Origin: a virus
Strand: one strand, 5' to 3'
DNA length: 64,000 nt
IMG/VR virus record: IMGVR_UViG_3300037312_000927
Part shown: positions 39,468 to 47,807 of the stretch, in pieces
Position numbering within the stretch: the stretch's first letter is position 1
Layout: each line of letters begins with the position of its first letter
Translations under genes and position numbers: made by a program
The notes under the pieces: model-generated
What the model was told of the DNA's origin: nothing
Databases searched by the model: none
The model's input: only the letters and a program-made list of their open reading frames with translations

Positions 39468-41165
39468 ATGGCAAAAACGATTTACGACAAACTTTCCGAA
39501 GAACGTAAGAATCTCCAAGCAGCAGGACTAATACCTGAGTGGTACACCACCGCAGGGTGGCAGATGTTCAAAGAGAAATACATGTACGATGCGTCGAACG
39601 TTAAGGAGCAGTTCGAACGTATTGCTAACACTGCTGCTAAGCATCTCCGGAAGATTGACCAAGAAAAACTGGGACGTGAGAAATTCTTTGAGCTTCTCTG
39701 GAAAGGTTGGATGTCCCCGAGTACTCCGGTGCTCGGTAACATGGGCACCAACCGAGGTCTATCTATCGCTTGCTCCGGCGGTAGAATCGGTGACTCCGTC
39801 TATGATTTCTACGCAGCTAGACTTGAGACCGCAGTCCTTACTAAAATGGGTTTCGGTACATCAGGTTATTTTGGAGATATTCGTCCTCGTGGGAGCTCGA
39901 TCTCGGTAGGTGGTAAAGCTTCGGGTATGGTCCCGGTGTGGCAAGGTTTCATCGATGATATGCGCAAGATTACTCAAGGTCAAGCCCGTCGCGGCAGCTT
40001 TGCAGCGTATCTGCCTATCGATCACGGTGACTTTGACGAAGCCGCTGACTATACTATGGCTGAGACCGATGACGCAAATATCGGATGGGTGATTAAGAAG
40101 AGTTTCATCGAGGATCTGAATGACGGTCTGCCTGAAGCAACTCGACGCTTTCAGAAATCTCTGAAGCTCAAGATGACTATGGGTAAGGGCTACTACTGCT
40201 TCATCGACAAGATCAACGACAAACGTCCTCCGATGTATGTCAAACACGACCTGTACGTAAACGCTAGTAACCTCTGCGATGAAATCACCCTGTTCTCGGA
40301 TGCTGACCATACTTTCACCTGCGTTCTGTCGTCCATGAACGTATCGAAGTGGGAGGAATGGAAAGATACCGATGCAGTATTCTGGGCTACAGTATTCCTG
40401 GACTGTGTGGTTGAAGAGTTCCTTGAAAAGGCTCGTAAGATCCCAGGTCTGGAAAAGGCAGTTCGGTTTACCGAGAAAGGTCGTGCACTCGGTCTCGGGC
40501 AGTGCGGTTATCACACCCTTCTGCAGAAGAAGCGTATCCCTGTAGAAGATATGCGTGCATACTTCCTTAACCGGGAGATTGCAAAGCACATCAATGATGA
40601 GTCCCTGAGGGCTTCTCAACATATGGCAACGTTGCTGGGTGAACCTCTCTGGTGTGAAGGTTTTGGCGTTCGTAATACCCACCGTATTGCTATTGCACCG
40701 ACCAAGAGCACGGCATTGTTGATGGGTGGAGTTTCCGAGGGTATCAACCTCGACCCAGCAATGATTTACACCCAGACTACCGCAGCGGGTGAAGTTGCCC
40801 GTATCGTGCCTGAATTCCTGGAGTACATGAAGGAAAAGGGCATGTACAACAAGGCTGTTATTAAACGCATCCTTGAAGCACGTGGCTCGGTTCAGAACGA
40901 AGATTGGATCCCGGACGAAGATAAACGGGTATTCAAAACCGCGTTCGAGATTAATCAGGAAGCACACATTCGTCAAGCTTCCCAGAGAGCTCCGTATCTC
41001 TGTCAATGGCAGTCCTTTAATCTGTCGTTCTCGGCAGAAGAGGATCCGGCTTGGATTGGTCACTGCCACCAGATGATCTTCGAAGATCCTAATATGCTAG
41101 GGGCTTATTACATTACCACGCAGTCCGGAGTATCGGGCTCGAAGGAATGTGAGTCCTGTCAATAA
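39468..41165 (+). CDS. nrdA: Ribonucleotide reductase class I alpha subunit (short form)
   Basis: SPSTPVLGN, ASNLCDEI, RALGLG, IAPTKST, C-terminal CESCQ. Confidence 0.95.
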   Translation: MAKTIYDKLSEERKNLQAAGLIPEWYTTAGWQMFKEKYMYDASNVKEQFERIANTAAKHLRKIDQEKLGREKFFELLWKGWMSPSTPVLGNMGTNRGLSIACSGGRIGDSVYDFYAARLETAVLTKMGFGTSGYFGDIRPRGSSISVGGKASGMVPVWQGFIDDMRKITQGQARRGSFAAYLPIDHGDFDEAADYTMAETDDANIGWVIKKSFIEDLNDGLPEATRRFQKSLKLKMTMGKGYYCFIDKINDKRPPMYVKHDLYVNASNLCDEITLFSDADHTFTCVLSSMNVSKWEEWKDTDAVFWATVFLDCVVEEFLEKARKIPGLEKAVRFTEKGRALGLGQCGYHTLLQKKRIPVEDMRAYFLNREIAKHINDESLRASQHMATLLGEPLWCEGFGVRNTHRIAIAPTKSTALLMGGVSEGINLDPAMIYTQTTAAGEVARIVPEFLEYMKEKGMYNKAVIKRILEARGSVQNEDWIPDEDKRVFKTAFEINQEAHIRQASQRAPYLCQWQSFNLSFSAEEDPAWIGHCHQMIFEDPNMLGAYYITTQSGVSGSKECESCQ

Positions 41166-41167
41166 AC

Positions 41168-41195
41168 AAGGCCCTCTACGGAGGGCTTTTTATTT
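41168..41195 (+). terminator. Rho-independent terminator
   Basis: GCCCTC-TACG-GAGGGC plus T run. Confidence 0.85.
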
Positions 41196-41203
41196 AGGTA
41201 AAT

Positions 41204-41440
41204 ATGGCTAAAAGAAAACCTACTGAATCAAATAACTTACCAATAATACTCATAAAAACCTCAATTCCTAACTGGGATAAATACGGTGATTTGACCGTAG
41301 AAGTGTTGACACTTAATATAAGTACTAATAATATGAGGGTTCGCCTCTGCCAAGAATCCGTAGAGAAAGTAGGTGGGAAAGTGGTATTGGAATTACCTGC
41401 CACCCAGTTCTTCGAACAAATGAAAATTGTCCCCATATGA
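41204..41440 (+). CDS. Hypothetical protein
   Basis: 78 aa, SD AGGT. Confidence 0.65.
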   Translation: MAKRKPTESNNLPIILIKTSIPNWDKYGDLTVEVLTLNISTNNMRVRLCQESVEKVGGKVVLELPATQFFEQMKIVPI

Positions 41441-41724
41441 TTTTAGGAAAACCGGACCTCAAAACCAAGAGTCGATACGAACACTTGATATCTACTTCTT
41501 GGGAATACACATTCAGACCACCGTTTCCCTACCGGCTATGTGCTTCACTACTGGTAAACGGAAACGAAGAAGTTAAGTCTGTTGTAAGGGACTATCGGGA
41601 ACTTAACATAAAGTTTGGTAGCCTCGTAAGTATGTACTTAAATCTCGCCAAGGAAGTCTCTACCCTGGAATTCGAGAACAAACTCTTAAAACAAACGCTG
41701 TTAGAAAAGGAAAACACAGAATGA
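41437..41724 (+). CDS. Hypothetical protein
   Basis: ATGA overlap; C-terminal coiled coil. Confidence 0.65.
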   Translation: MILGKPDLKTKSRYEHLISTSWEYTFRPPFPYRLCASLLVNGNEEVKSVVRDYRELNIKFGSLVSMYLNLAKEVSTLEFENKLLKQTLLEKENTE

Positions 41725-42029
41725 ACGCAGAACAATTCGCATACTGGGTCCAAGGTAAATTCGAGGACCGGAACGTTGGTGATATCAGCCATGAGGAAGC
41801 TCTGAAGATTATGAAAAGCATCAAGGAGCACGTAGCTACGGTATTTAAGAAGGTGACGCCTTCTGATAGGATTGAAATTGAACAGAGGCCTACACGAGAA
41901 GCTGATATCAGTGATCTGACCAGAGGAGATTTTCCCGAGAAGGATTCCACCCCGGCTGAATACCGTTGGCCGTTCGATTATGATAGGCCGGGTCACTGGT
42001 TCAGGTCCCAAAGCCCACTCTCCTGTTAA
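41721..42029 (+). CDS. Hypothetical protein
   Basis: ATGA overlap; MNAEQFAYWVQG start typical of phage ORFs. Confidence 0.7.
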   Translation: MNAEQFAYWVQGKFEDRNVGDISHEEALKIMKSIKEHVATVFKKVTPSDRIEIEQRPTREADISDLTRGDFPEKDSTPAEYRWPFDYDRPGHWFRSQSPLSC

Positions 42030-42571
42030 TGAGTACTCCGACTTATGTATATCGGGTCGGAGTTGATCCGGCCTGGAAGAATCTCGGGGTAGCTCTGGTT
42101 AAGGAGAATTCGGAAACCCATGAAATCACGTTGGTGAAATCGTGGGTTATGAACCCGTCTACCTTCAAGTCCATACCGGATTTTGTTAATACACTAGGTT
42201 TAACGGTAGTAGAGGCAATAAATGAAGATGATGACGGTGATACCGACCTCGTATCTGTAAACGTTGAACGTTTCGTTGCTTACGCAGGAGTGTCTACCTC
42301 AGAGACCGAAAACATCTGTATGATTATCGGAGCTATACAATATCTGTTCCGCGACCTGGAGATGGGGTTACACCGAGCCATAGATTGGAAAATGGACATG
42401 GTAAAGGCACTTCATAAGAAGAAGAAATTCGAAAATCCGAGCTCTAAGCTTGACAAGAAGTTCTCCATCGCCGCAGCTAAAGCCTGCCTCGACCACGAAC
42501 ATACCTTTGCCACAGACCACGAGGCGGACGCGGTTTGCCTGGCATCTTATCCGGTTATAACGAGAAAATGA
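42029..42571 (+). CDS. RuvC-like Holliday junction resolvase
   Basis: VGVDPAWKNLGVA, NVERF, TDHEADAVCLA acidic residues. Confidence 0.8.
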   Translation: MSTPTYVYRVGVDPAWKNLGVALVKENSETHEITLVKSWVMNPSTFKSIPDFVNTLGLTVVEAINEDDDGDTDLVSVNVERFVAYAGVSTSETENICMIIGAIQYLFRDLEMGLHRAIDWKMDMVKALHKKKKFENPSSKLDKKFSIAAAKACLDHEHTFATDHEADAVCLASYPVITRK

Positions 42572-42840
42572 CACCAGAAGAATCCGAGTTGGCCAGAGGT
42601 GCTCACGAAACCTTGGCCCGAATACTCAAGAGTAATAAAGAAGCCGCATGGCAACGGCATTGTGACATCGCCCAGGCCAATATGGAAGGTGGACTTCTGA
42701 AATGGAAAGAAGCTAACGAGGCCGCTTGTAGAGTTATGATGAGTCTGTTTGGAGTAGATACTTCACCTCAGTTCATCGAAGTTCTCAAACAAAGAGCACC
42801 TGTGCCGAAAGCGATAGTTGAAACTCTGAAACAGCAGTGA
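42568..42840 (+). CDS. Hypothetical protein
   Basis: ATGA overlap with resolvase. Confidence 0.65.
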   Translation: MTPEESELARGAHETLARILKSNKEAAWQRHCDIAQANMEGGLLKWKEANEAACRVMMSLFGVDTSPQFIEVLKQRAPVPKAIVETLKQQ

Positions 42841-42873
42841 TACAATTGCCTGATTATAACAAAGGATCTTAAT

Positions 42874-43230
42874 ATGTTTGATTTTCTTAGAAGTATGTTC
42901 GGCATTGTTTTCGGAAAAGTGAAATCGCCGATCCCCACTTTGAAGGCTAAAGTGCCAGAGTTTCAGGAGGTATATCCTGACGGGACTGGGGGTTTCTCAA
43001 CCGAAAAGGTATCTGAACAGGTAGTTTCTGTTGTACCTAAAAAAGAACTGACTGAGATTGAAAAAATAATTCAGCAGTTTAATCCCCGCAGAGATATGAT
43101 CGTCATGAGTTACGTAAGACGTGACAAACTTACCCCGGGGGAAAAAGACTGGCTCGATTCACTAGGTAATAGAGTCCATTACTTCAAGGATAATCTTCTG
43201 GTAAACTCTGCCATTGTCAGTTGTATGTAA
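42874..43230 (+). CDS. Hypothetical protein
   Basis: SD AAGGA; 118 aa. Confidence 0.7.
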   Translation: MFDFLRSMFGIVFGKVKSPIPTLKAKVPEFQEVYPDGTGGFSTEKVSEQVVSVVPKKELTEIEKIIQQFNPRRDMIVMSYVRRDKLTPGEKDWLDSLGNRVHYFKDNLLVNSAIVSCM

Positions 43231-43459
43231 GGCCCTGTTACAAACATTAAGAATACTGTAATGTTCGAGAGACACTTGGAGGTTTATAATAACAGCATGA
43301 ACATAAACTATGAGGACACGAGCTATGTATGAATCCCTTTTAAGAATACTAAAAGCCCTTACCTCTATTAAGATTTCTCATAGGAAAGTTCATAGTATGG
43401 CATTATGCCTTAATATAAACGATAATAAGTTAAATATAAACTTCCAAGGACACTTGAAA

Positions 43460-43756
43460 ATGGCTTTCATTCTTAAAAACACTGAATTTACTACTATCCA
43501 CGCCAAAGGTTTCGACGACCAAGGCTCGGAAGTAGCTTCCGCACAGTTTAACTGGGTCAGTTCGGATCCCAGCATCTTGGCTCTGAGTGCAGGAGATGAC
43601 TCTAAATCGGTGCGTGCTACTACGACCGGCACTCCGGGTAATGTTACTATCACGGTTTCTTGCGGCAGTGCTTCTGCAGCATTTGACATCGCCGTCACCA
43701 CTGGTGAAGTAGTAACGATTACTCTGACTGCAGACACTCCGACGAGCCGACTGTAA
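43460..43756 (+). CDS. Ig-like (Big_2-type) domain protein
   Basis: SD AAGGA; FNWVSSDPSIL...G.VTITVSCG pattern. Confidence 0.7.
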   Translation: MAFILKNTEFTTIHAKGFDDQGSEVASAQFNWVSSDPSILALSAGDDSKSVRATTTGTPGNVTITVSCGSASAAFDIAVTTGEVVTITLTADTPTSRL

Positions 43757-43786
43757 TCTTTCAGTAAAATTTTGTTACACAATCCC

Positions 43787-43814
43787 TTCACAAATATAAA
43801 AGTAGTGCTATAAT
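43787..43814 (+). promoter_or_regulatory. Host sigma70-type promoter for tRNA cluster
   Basis: TTCACA-N16-TATAAT with TG extension. Confidence 0.6.
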
Positions 43815-43822
43815 AAATGTAT

Positions 43823-43945
43823 ATGAACACTTCAAATAAACGCCCCAATCCTTCAACAATTAAAGCTTCCTTCAAGGCAGCCAGTATTGTTGCGCCCGTA
43901 AGTTTTGTGAATTCGTATAATAGTGAGGGGAACGGTCTAGCTTAA
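43823..43945 (+). CDS. Putative 40-aa leader peptide
   Basis: Short ORF at the predicted TSS whose end overlaps an antiterminator. Confidence 0.5.
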   Translation: MNTSNKRPNPSTIKASFKAASIVAPVSFVNSYNSEGNGLA

Positions 43946-44010
43946 TGTAACCACATTAATCAGCTTTTAACCGAACCCACTCTCCCACAAGGTCAGTGGG
44001 TTTTTTCTTT
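43922..44010 (+). promoter_or_regulatory. Putative attenuator (antiterminator/terminator pair)
   Basis: Terminator AACCCACT/AGTGGGTT+T tract; competing helix CGGT/ACCG, TTAATGT/ACATTAA, AGTG/CACT. Confidence 0.6.
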
Positions 44011-44011
44011 T

Positions 44012-44087
44012 CGGGATGTAGGCTAGTGGTCAAGTCGCCTGGTTTGGGGCCAGGAAGCCAGAGGTTCGAATCCTCTCATCCCGACCA
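44012..44087 (+). tRNA. tRNA-Pro(TGG)
   Basis: Cloverleaf, CCTGG-TT TGG GG-CCAGG, CCA. Confidence 0.95.
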
Positions 44088-44102
44088 ATTTAAGGAGCAG
44101 CT

Positions 44103-44333
44103 ATGGTTTATAACATAGTTGGTTTCGCAGTAATGATGCTTGCGATGCTATATATCTCCATCGTGTACGCTATATTTGCATTGGATACACTGGGGAAGTA
44201 CAACATCGGTGGTGTACCTAACAACCTCCGTGCAAAGATCGGAGTGTTGGTAATAGGATTTGTCATCGGTATGCTTTGGTGGAAGTTGATTCATAATCTT
44301 CCGTTTACAATCCACGTTTCAAGCAGCGTATAA
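44103..44333 (+). CDS. Membrane protein
   Basis: SD AAGGAG; two TM helices. Confidence 0.7.
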   Translation: MVYNIVGFAVMMLAMLYISIVYAIFALDTLGKYNIGGVPNNLRAKIGVLVIGFVIGMLWWKLIHNLPFTIHVSSSV

Positions 44334-44347
44334 AGTAAAGTTTCAGA

Positions 44348-44423
44348 TCCCCAGTAGCTCAGCTGGTAGAGCTCTCGGCTGTTAACCGAGTGGTCGCACG
44401 TTCGAACCGTGCCTGGGGAGCCA
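44348..44423 (+). tRNA. tRNA-Asn(GTT)
   Basis: Cloverleaf, CTCGG-CT GTT AA-CCGAG, CCA. Confidence 0.95.
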
Positions 44424-44438
44424 ATAATAATAAATATA

Positions 44439-44831
44439 GTGCTAGAAAATTTTAAGAATACTAAGAAAAGAGGCGACGCAGGTGTCGGTAGCGCTATAGC
44501 ATGGTTTACTCTTCAGGGTCTTACGGTATCTATTCCATTGACGGACAGTCAGGATTATGATTTAGTAGTAGACATCGAAGACAGGCTATGTAGAGTTCAG
44601 GTAAAGACAGTAACTTATAAACCCGACGGGAAAGGTAATTACTGTGTAAATCTGCGGGTGATGGGCGGTAACAGTCATTGCCTTACTAATAAGTCCTTTG
44701 ATAAAACTAGAGTAGAGTATGTGTTCGTATTAACCAATGACGGGGACAAGTATTTTATCCCTTCAGAAGTAATAGATGCTACTACCTCTTTTTCACTAAC
44801 AAATAAATATGAAGAGTATAAAGTAAGTTGA
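44439..44831 (+). CDS. PD-(D/E)XK endonuclease, group I intron-associated (I-Ssp6803I-like) family, free-standing
   Basis: G..G...A.AW...G..VSIP....YDLVVD....RVQVKT; GTG start 44439. Confidence 0.75.
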   Translation: MLENFKNTKKRGDAGVGSAIAWFTLQGLTVSIPLTDSQDYDLVVDIEDRLCRVQVKTVTYKPDGKGNYCVNLRVMGGNSHCLTNKSFDKTRVEYVFVLTNDGDKYFIPSEVIDATTSFSLTNKYEEYKVS

Positions 44832-44907
44832 GCCGGGATAGCTCAGTTGGTAGAGCACACGACCGATAATCGTGGGGTCACAGGTTCAAACCCTGTTCCC
44901 GGTACCA
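44832..44907 (+). tRNA. tRNA-Ile(GAT), C33 variant
   Basis: Cloverleaf, CACGA-CC GAT AA-TCGTG, CCA. Confidence 0.9.
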
Positions 44908-44933
44908 GATTAACCTTAACTAGTGAGGTCAAA

Positions 44934-45170
44934 TTGAAATTGACGCCTAGAGGTATTGAACGAGGCCTTCCTCGTCGTTTTGAAGTAAAGAACAACAAGT
45001 GGTATCCCTGCCCTGGATGGAACAGAGATCCAGACCAACGGAAACACAGATTTGATAAGTGGAATAAGCTTAAGTGGGACAGTATAGGACGTCCAGACGT
45101 TTACCGACTCTATTGGAGAACGCATCCAGAAGCTTATGCAAAAATGACTGGTGGGAAAACGCCGTGGTAA
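44934..45170 (+). CDS. Hypothetical protein
   Basis: TTG start with GAGG SD. Confidence 0.6.
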   Translation: MKLTPRGIERGLPRRFEVKNNKWYPCPGWNRDPDQRKHRFDKWNKLKWDSIGRPDVYRLYWRTHPEAYAKMTGGKTPW

Positions 45171-45523
45171 AATCCCTGGAAGATCGTTTGAAAGCTCTCG
45201 GGGATTTTGAAATCCCTGAAAACGCAGCGGAGTTAGAAGCTGCTAATCCTCAGATGGCCGGCGATTTAGGTATGGTAAAGAAGCCGGAGTTTGGACCTGG
45301 TAAGCTGAGAGTAGACGTATATGATGCGTATTTAGAGGAGTACGGACCTTACGAACATATCGTGTTTAGACCTATAGGTCACCCTGTAAAACATTGGGAT
45401 AATCATTTGGTCACTGCAAGATCTCTTGGGAAACAAGGGGACCTTGTGGAAACTGATAAGTACGTGTACAATGTTCTCAGTTGGGACGAGTCTAAGACTC
45501 CCCTACAGAATAAATTGTTTTAA
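45164..45523 (+). CDS. Hypothetical protein
   Basis: GTG start overlapping previous gene. Confidence 0.65.
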   Translation: MVKSLEDRLKALGDFEIPENAAELEAANPQMAGDLGMVKKPEFGPGKLRVDVYDAYLEEYGPYEHIVFRPIGHPVKHWDNHLVTARSLGKQGDLVETDKYVYNVLSWDESKTPLQNKLF

Positions 45524-45535
45524 TTGATTAATCTT

Positions 45536-45625
45536 GGAAGCGTGGTCGAGTGGTTGATGGCTCTAGTCTTGAAAACTAGCGGCTCAGAGATGGGTCCGTG
45601 GGTTCGAATCCCACCGCTTCCTCCA
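45536..45625 (+). tRNA. tRNA-Ser(TGA)
   Basis: Long variable arm, CTAGT-CT TGA AA-ACTAG, CCA. Confidence 0.95.
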
Positions 45626-45636
45626 ACTAAATAATC

Positions 45637-45852
45637 ATGTACGTTAAGACAGCGGAACGTATATTGCAGATAGCAATAGTCACAATGGTTTTATTGTTGT
45701 TAAAAGTATCGTGTGATAATATCTACGGACATAAACAATACACCTGCGTCGATGGGTATCTGTATGAAACAAAGAATAAGGCCTTATATATTCAATCTAA
45801 TAAATTCGGACCTATAACTTGTGAAACATCAAATTTTAAAATAATTAAATGA
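45637..45852 (+). CDS. Small membrane/secreted protein
   Basis: N-terminal hydrophobic helix. Confidence 0.6.
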   Translation: MYVKTAERILQIAIVTMVLLLLKVSCDNIYGHKQYTCVDGYLYETKNKALYIQSNKFGPITCETSNFKIIK

Positions 45853-45947
45853 CTAAAAAAGTAGAACAACAAGCAGTGCCTCAGATGAAACCTCTCGCAT
45901 ATGCAGTGAAGTGGATCTGTGAAAATTGGAAGTATTTAGCGCGCTAA
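45849..45947 (+). CDS. Very small ORF (32 aa)
   Basis: ATGA overlap with previous stop. Confidence 0.35.
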   Translation: MTKKVEQQAVPQMKPLAYAVKWICENWKYLAR

Positions 45948-46075
45948 GCCGATAACGCAGCAATTGCGTTGATCTCAAACCGCACCCGATCCGGCAGGGT
46001 GTAGAGTTCGTTAGTAGGGAAGGTCTTACTCCTAGTGGTGGAATCTGCTAAGAGATTCTACTAAGCGACTCATTC
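45948..46075 (+). ncRNA. Candidate small structured RNA
   Basis: Consecutive hairpins AACGCA/TGCGTT, CACCC/GGGTG, TAGGGA/TCCTA, GTGGAATCT/AGATTCTAC. Confidence 0.4.
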
Positions 46076-46089
46076 TTTTAACAAACAAC

Positions 46090-46176
46090 GGATGTCATGG
46101 TAAATATGGTTAAATCAGCTGCCTGTAGAGCAGTCGCCTTCATGGCTTGGGGGATCGTGACCCTCGGCATCCACCA
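46090..46176 (+). tRNA. tRNA-Tyr(GTA)
   Basis: Long variable arm, GCTGC-CT GTA GA-GCAGT, atypical T loop, CCA. Confidence 0.85.
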
Positions 46177-46190
46177 TTATAAGGATTGCT

Positions 46191-46571
46191 ATGAGAAAAG
46201 TAGCGATTTTGCAAGACTGTTGGAACTATGACGATTACAGTAATTCTCAGCGTATAATTGAGAAGATTACCGATTTCACAGAGATCAGTGAAGAAGATTA
46301 CCACCTTCTGGTGAACGCCTCGCATCAACAAGGCTTTACCGTAATCCATATGCCTTCAAATACTCAGGAGTTCATAACGAACACTGTGCAGGCCTATCTC
46401 GAAAAGATTAAGTCCGAAGAAGAGAAACGTAAGAAAGAAGAAGCACGACGTAAAGCTATACGTGAAGAGAATAAGCGTAGGCAAAAGGAAAAAGAGGAAG
46501 AGGCCGAGCGTAAGAAGTTAGAAGAACTCATACGTAAACATGGTATTCCTAAATTAGATCCTGAAACATAA
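46191..46571 (+). CDS. Hypothetical protein with charged coiled-coil tail
   Basis: SD AAGGA; 126 aa. Confidence 0.75.
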   Translation: MRKVAILQDCWNYDDYSNSQRIIEKITDFTEISEEDYHLLVNASHQQGFTVIHMPSNTQEFITNTVQAYLEKIKSEEEKRKKEEARRKAIREENKRRQKEKEEEAERKKLEELIRKHGIPKLDPET

Positions 46572-46574
46572 CAA

Positions 46575-46650
46575 GGACACGTAGCTCAGACGGTAGAGCA
46601 CTCGACTGAAGATCCTGGTGTCGGTGGTTCGAATCCAGCTCTGTCCACCA
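46575..46650 (+). tRNA. tRNA-Phe(GAA), degenerate (possible pseudo-tRNA)
   Basis: Loop CT GAA GA and CCA, but mismatches in anticodon, T and acceptor stems. Confidence 0.65.
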
Positions 46651-46665
46651 AACGAAAGGCAAATA

Positions 46666-46866
46666 ATGAGTTGTGCTTACTGTGATGTATCTGGGGCGAG
46701 AAACCCCTGTGGGTCTAGGGGTGAAGCCTATAATTGTGCCAATAACGAAGACCCGGGCTCTTGCCTGGATTTCAAAGCTAAAGACGTAGCTGCATGGATT
46801 CGATCCCGGGCGTGGGATGATACGGAACTCTGGGCAACAGCAAGGCTTATCGAAGATAGGCTTTAA
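46666..46866 (+). CDS. Small Cys-rich hypothetical protein
   Basis: ATG 46666 after GAAAGG. Confidence 0.6.
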   Translation: MSCAYCDVSGARNPCGSRGEAYNCANNEDPGSCLDFKAKDVAAWIRSRAWDDTELWATARLIEDRL

Positions 46867-46884
46867 ATCAACAAAGACTAATTC

Positions 46885-46895
46885 TTTGGTATAAT
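46885..46895 (+). promoter_or_regulatory. Phage promoter motif TTTGGTATAAT
   Basis: Heads the His/Val/suppressor tRNA unit. Confidence 0.75.
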
Positions 46896-47000
46896 AAATA
46901 TACAGCGACTGAAACATATATCACTCTCAAGTCCGGAGCGGCGTGAACAAAGTTCGTAGAGAGTGACTCACAGGATCGCTGTAACTCAGAATGTTTTGGT

Positions 47001-47075
47001 GTGACTATAGCTTAATGGTTAAAGTCGAGGATTGTGATTCCTCTCACCTGGGTTCGACTCCCAGTAGTCACCCCA
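47001..47075 (+). tRNA. tRNA-His(GTG)
   Basis: GAGGA-TT GTG AT-TCCTC, C73, CCA. Confidence 0.92.
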
Positions 47076-47086
47076 AAACATTCTCT

Positions 47087-47162
47087 GGTCCCTTAGCTCA
47101 GCTGGTAGAGCGGATCCCTTACAAGGATTAGGTCGGCGGTTCGAACCCGTCAGGGACTACCA
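47087..47162 (+). tRNA. tRNA-Val(TAC)
   Basis: GATCC-CT TAC AA-GGATT, CCA. Confidence 0.95.
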
Positions 47163-47173
47163 AGTTTCAAATT

Positions 47174-47248
47174 CTGGGTGTAGCTTAGTGGTTAAAGCGG
47201 CGGACTCTAAATCCGTTTACAGGGGTTCGAATCCCCTCACCTGGGCCA
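47174..47248 (+). tRNA. Amber suppressor tRNA(CTA), possibly Gln-accepting
   Basis: Canonical cloverleaf, GCGGA-CT CTA AA-TCCGT (anticodon 47207-47209), GG in D loop, TTCGAAT, G73, CCA. Confidence 0.93.
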
Positions 47249-47257
47249 AGTTTCAAA

Positions 47258-47340
47258 CCCAGACTCGTCTAATTATCCGATCAAGACACTACCCATCGGC
47301 GGGATAGAAATGAGGGACACGGTGAACCTCTAAGGGACCA
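47258..47340 (+). ncRNA. tRNA-like RNA without canonical anticodon/T loops
   Basis: CCC/GGG-A-CCA end, GTCT/AGAC D stem, GAGG/CCTC T-like stem with 11-nt loop; TTTCAAA spacer like neighbouring tRNAs. Confidence 0.55.
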
Positions 47341-47347
47341 TTTCAAA

Positions 47348-47430
47348 CACGAGATAGCTCAGAGTCCCTGGACAGAGCAGTTCCTTGAGGAATCGGTCGC
47401 TGGAAAGTCGGTAGCCAGCTCTCGTGGCCA
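47348..47430 (+). ncRNA. tRNA-like RNA with 4-nt anticodon loop
   Basis: Perfect acceptor CACGAGA/TCTCGTG + GCCA, D stem GCTC/GAGC, GTTCC-TTGA-GGAAT, GCTGG/CCAGC with 11-nt loop. Confidence 0.7.
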
Positions 47431-47474
47431 TTTTCGTAACACCTTTTTTTTTAACCCTAAATAGAAAGCTAAAA

Positions 47475-47807
47475 ATGACGTAGATTTCCGAACACACCTA
47501 CAATTACGTTTTTGTCAGAACTGATTTACCCATCCCTCAACAGCTAGTCCAAGCCGGACACGCTGCATTAGAAGCCGGTGCGACTTTTGGTCGTATATCG
47601 AAAGACCCTGCTTCCCTCATCATACTTCAAGTAAAGAATAAAGCTAAGCTTGAAGAAGCAATGGCCAAGATCCAAGAGGCCGGAATCCGAATAGAAGCAT
47701 TTTACGAGCCCGACTGGGACTACGGCTTAACTGCGTTTGCAACTGAACCAGTTACTCAAGAGAAGCGTAGTATTTTCCGAAAATTCAGACTCTGGAGCCA
47801 GGCGTGA
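47475..47807 (+). CDS. Pth2-like peptidyl-tRNA hydrolase family protein with in-frame TAG at codon 3
   Basis: ATG ACG TAG ATT...; YVFVRTDLP..QQLVQAGHAALE, EPDWDYGLTAFATEP; 110 aa by readthrough; absent from ORF track. Confidence 0.82.

Noticed and set aside
39861-41069. 402-aa minus-strand ORF (also 12127-12780, 22612-23424, 62995-63846 and similar)
   Set aside because: Antisense shadows of codon-biased plus-strand genes; no motifs or SD.
47174-47248. tRNA-Pyl / pyrrolysine recoding
   Set aside because: It has a canonical D-loop GG, TTC T loop and 5-bp anticodon stem, unlike tRNA-Pyl; no pyl genes in the window.
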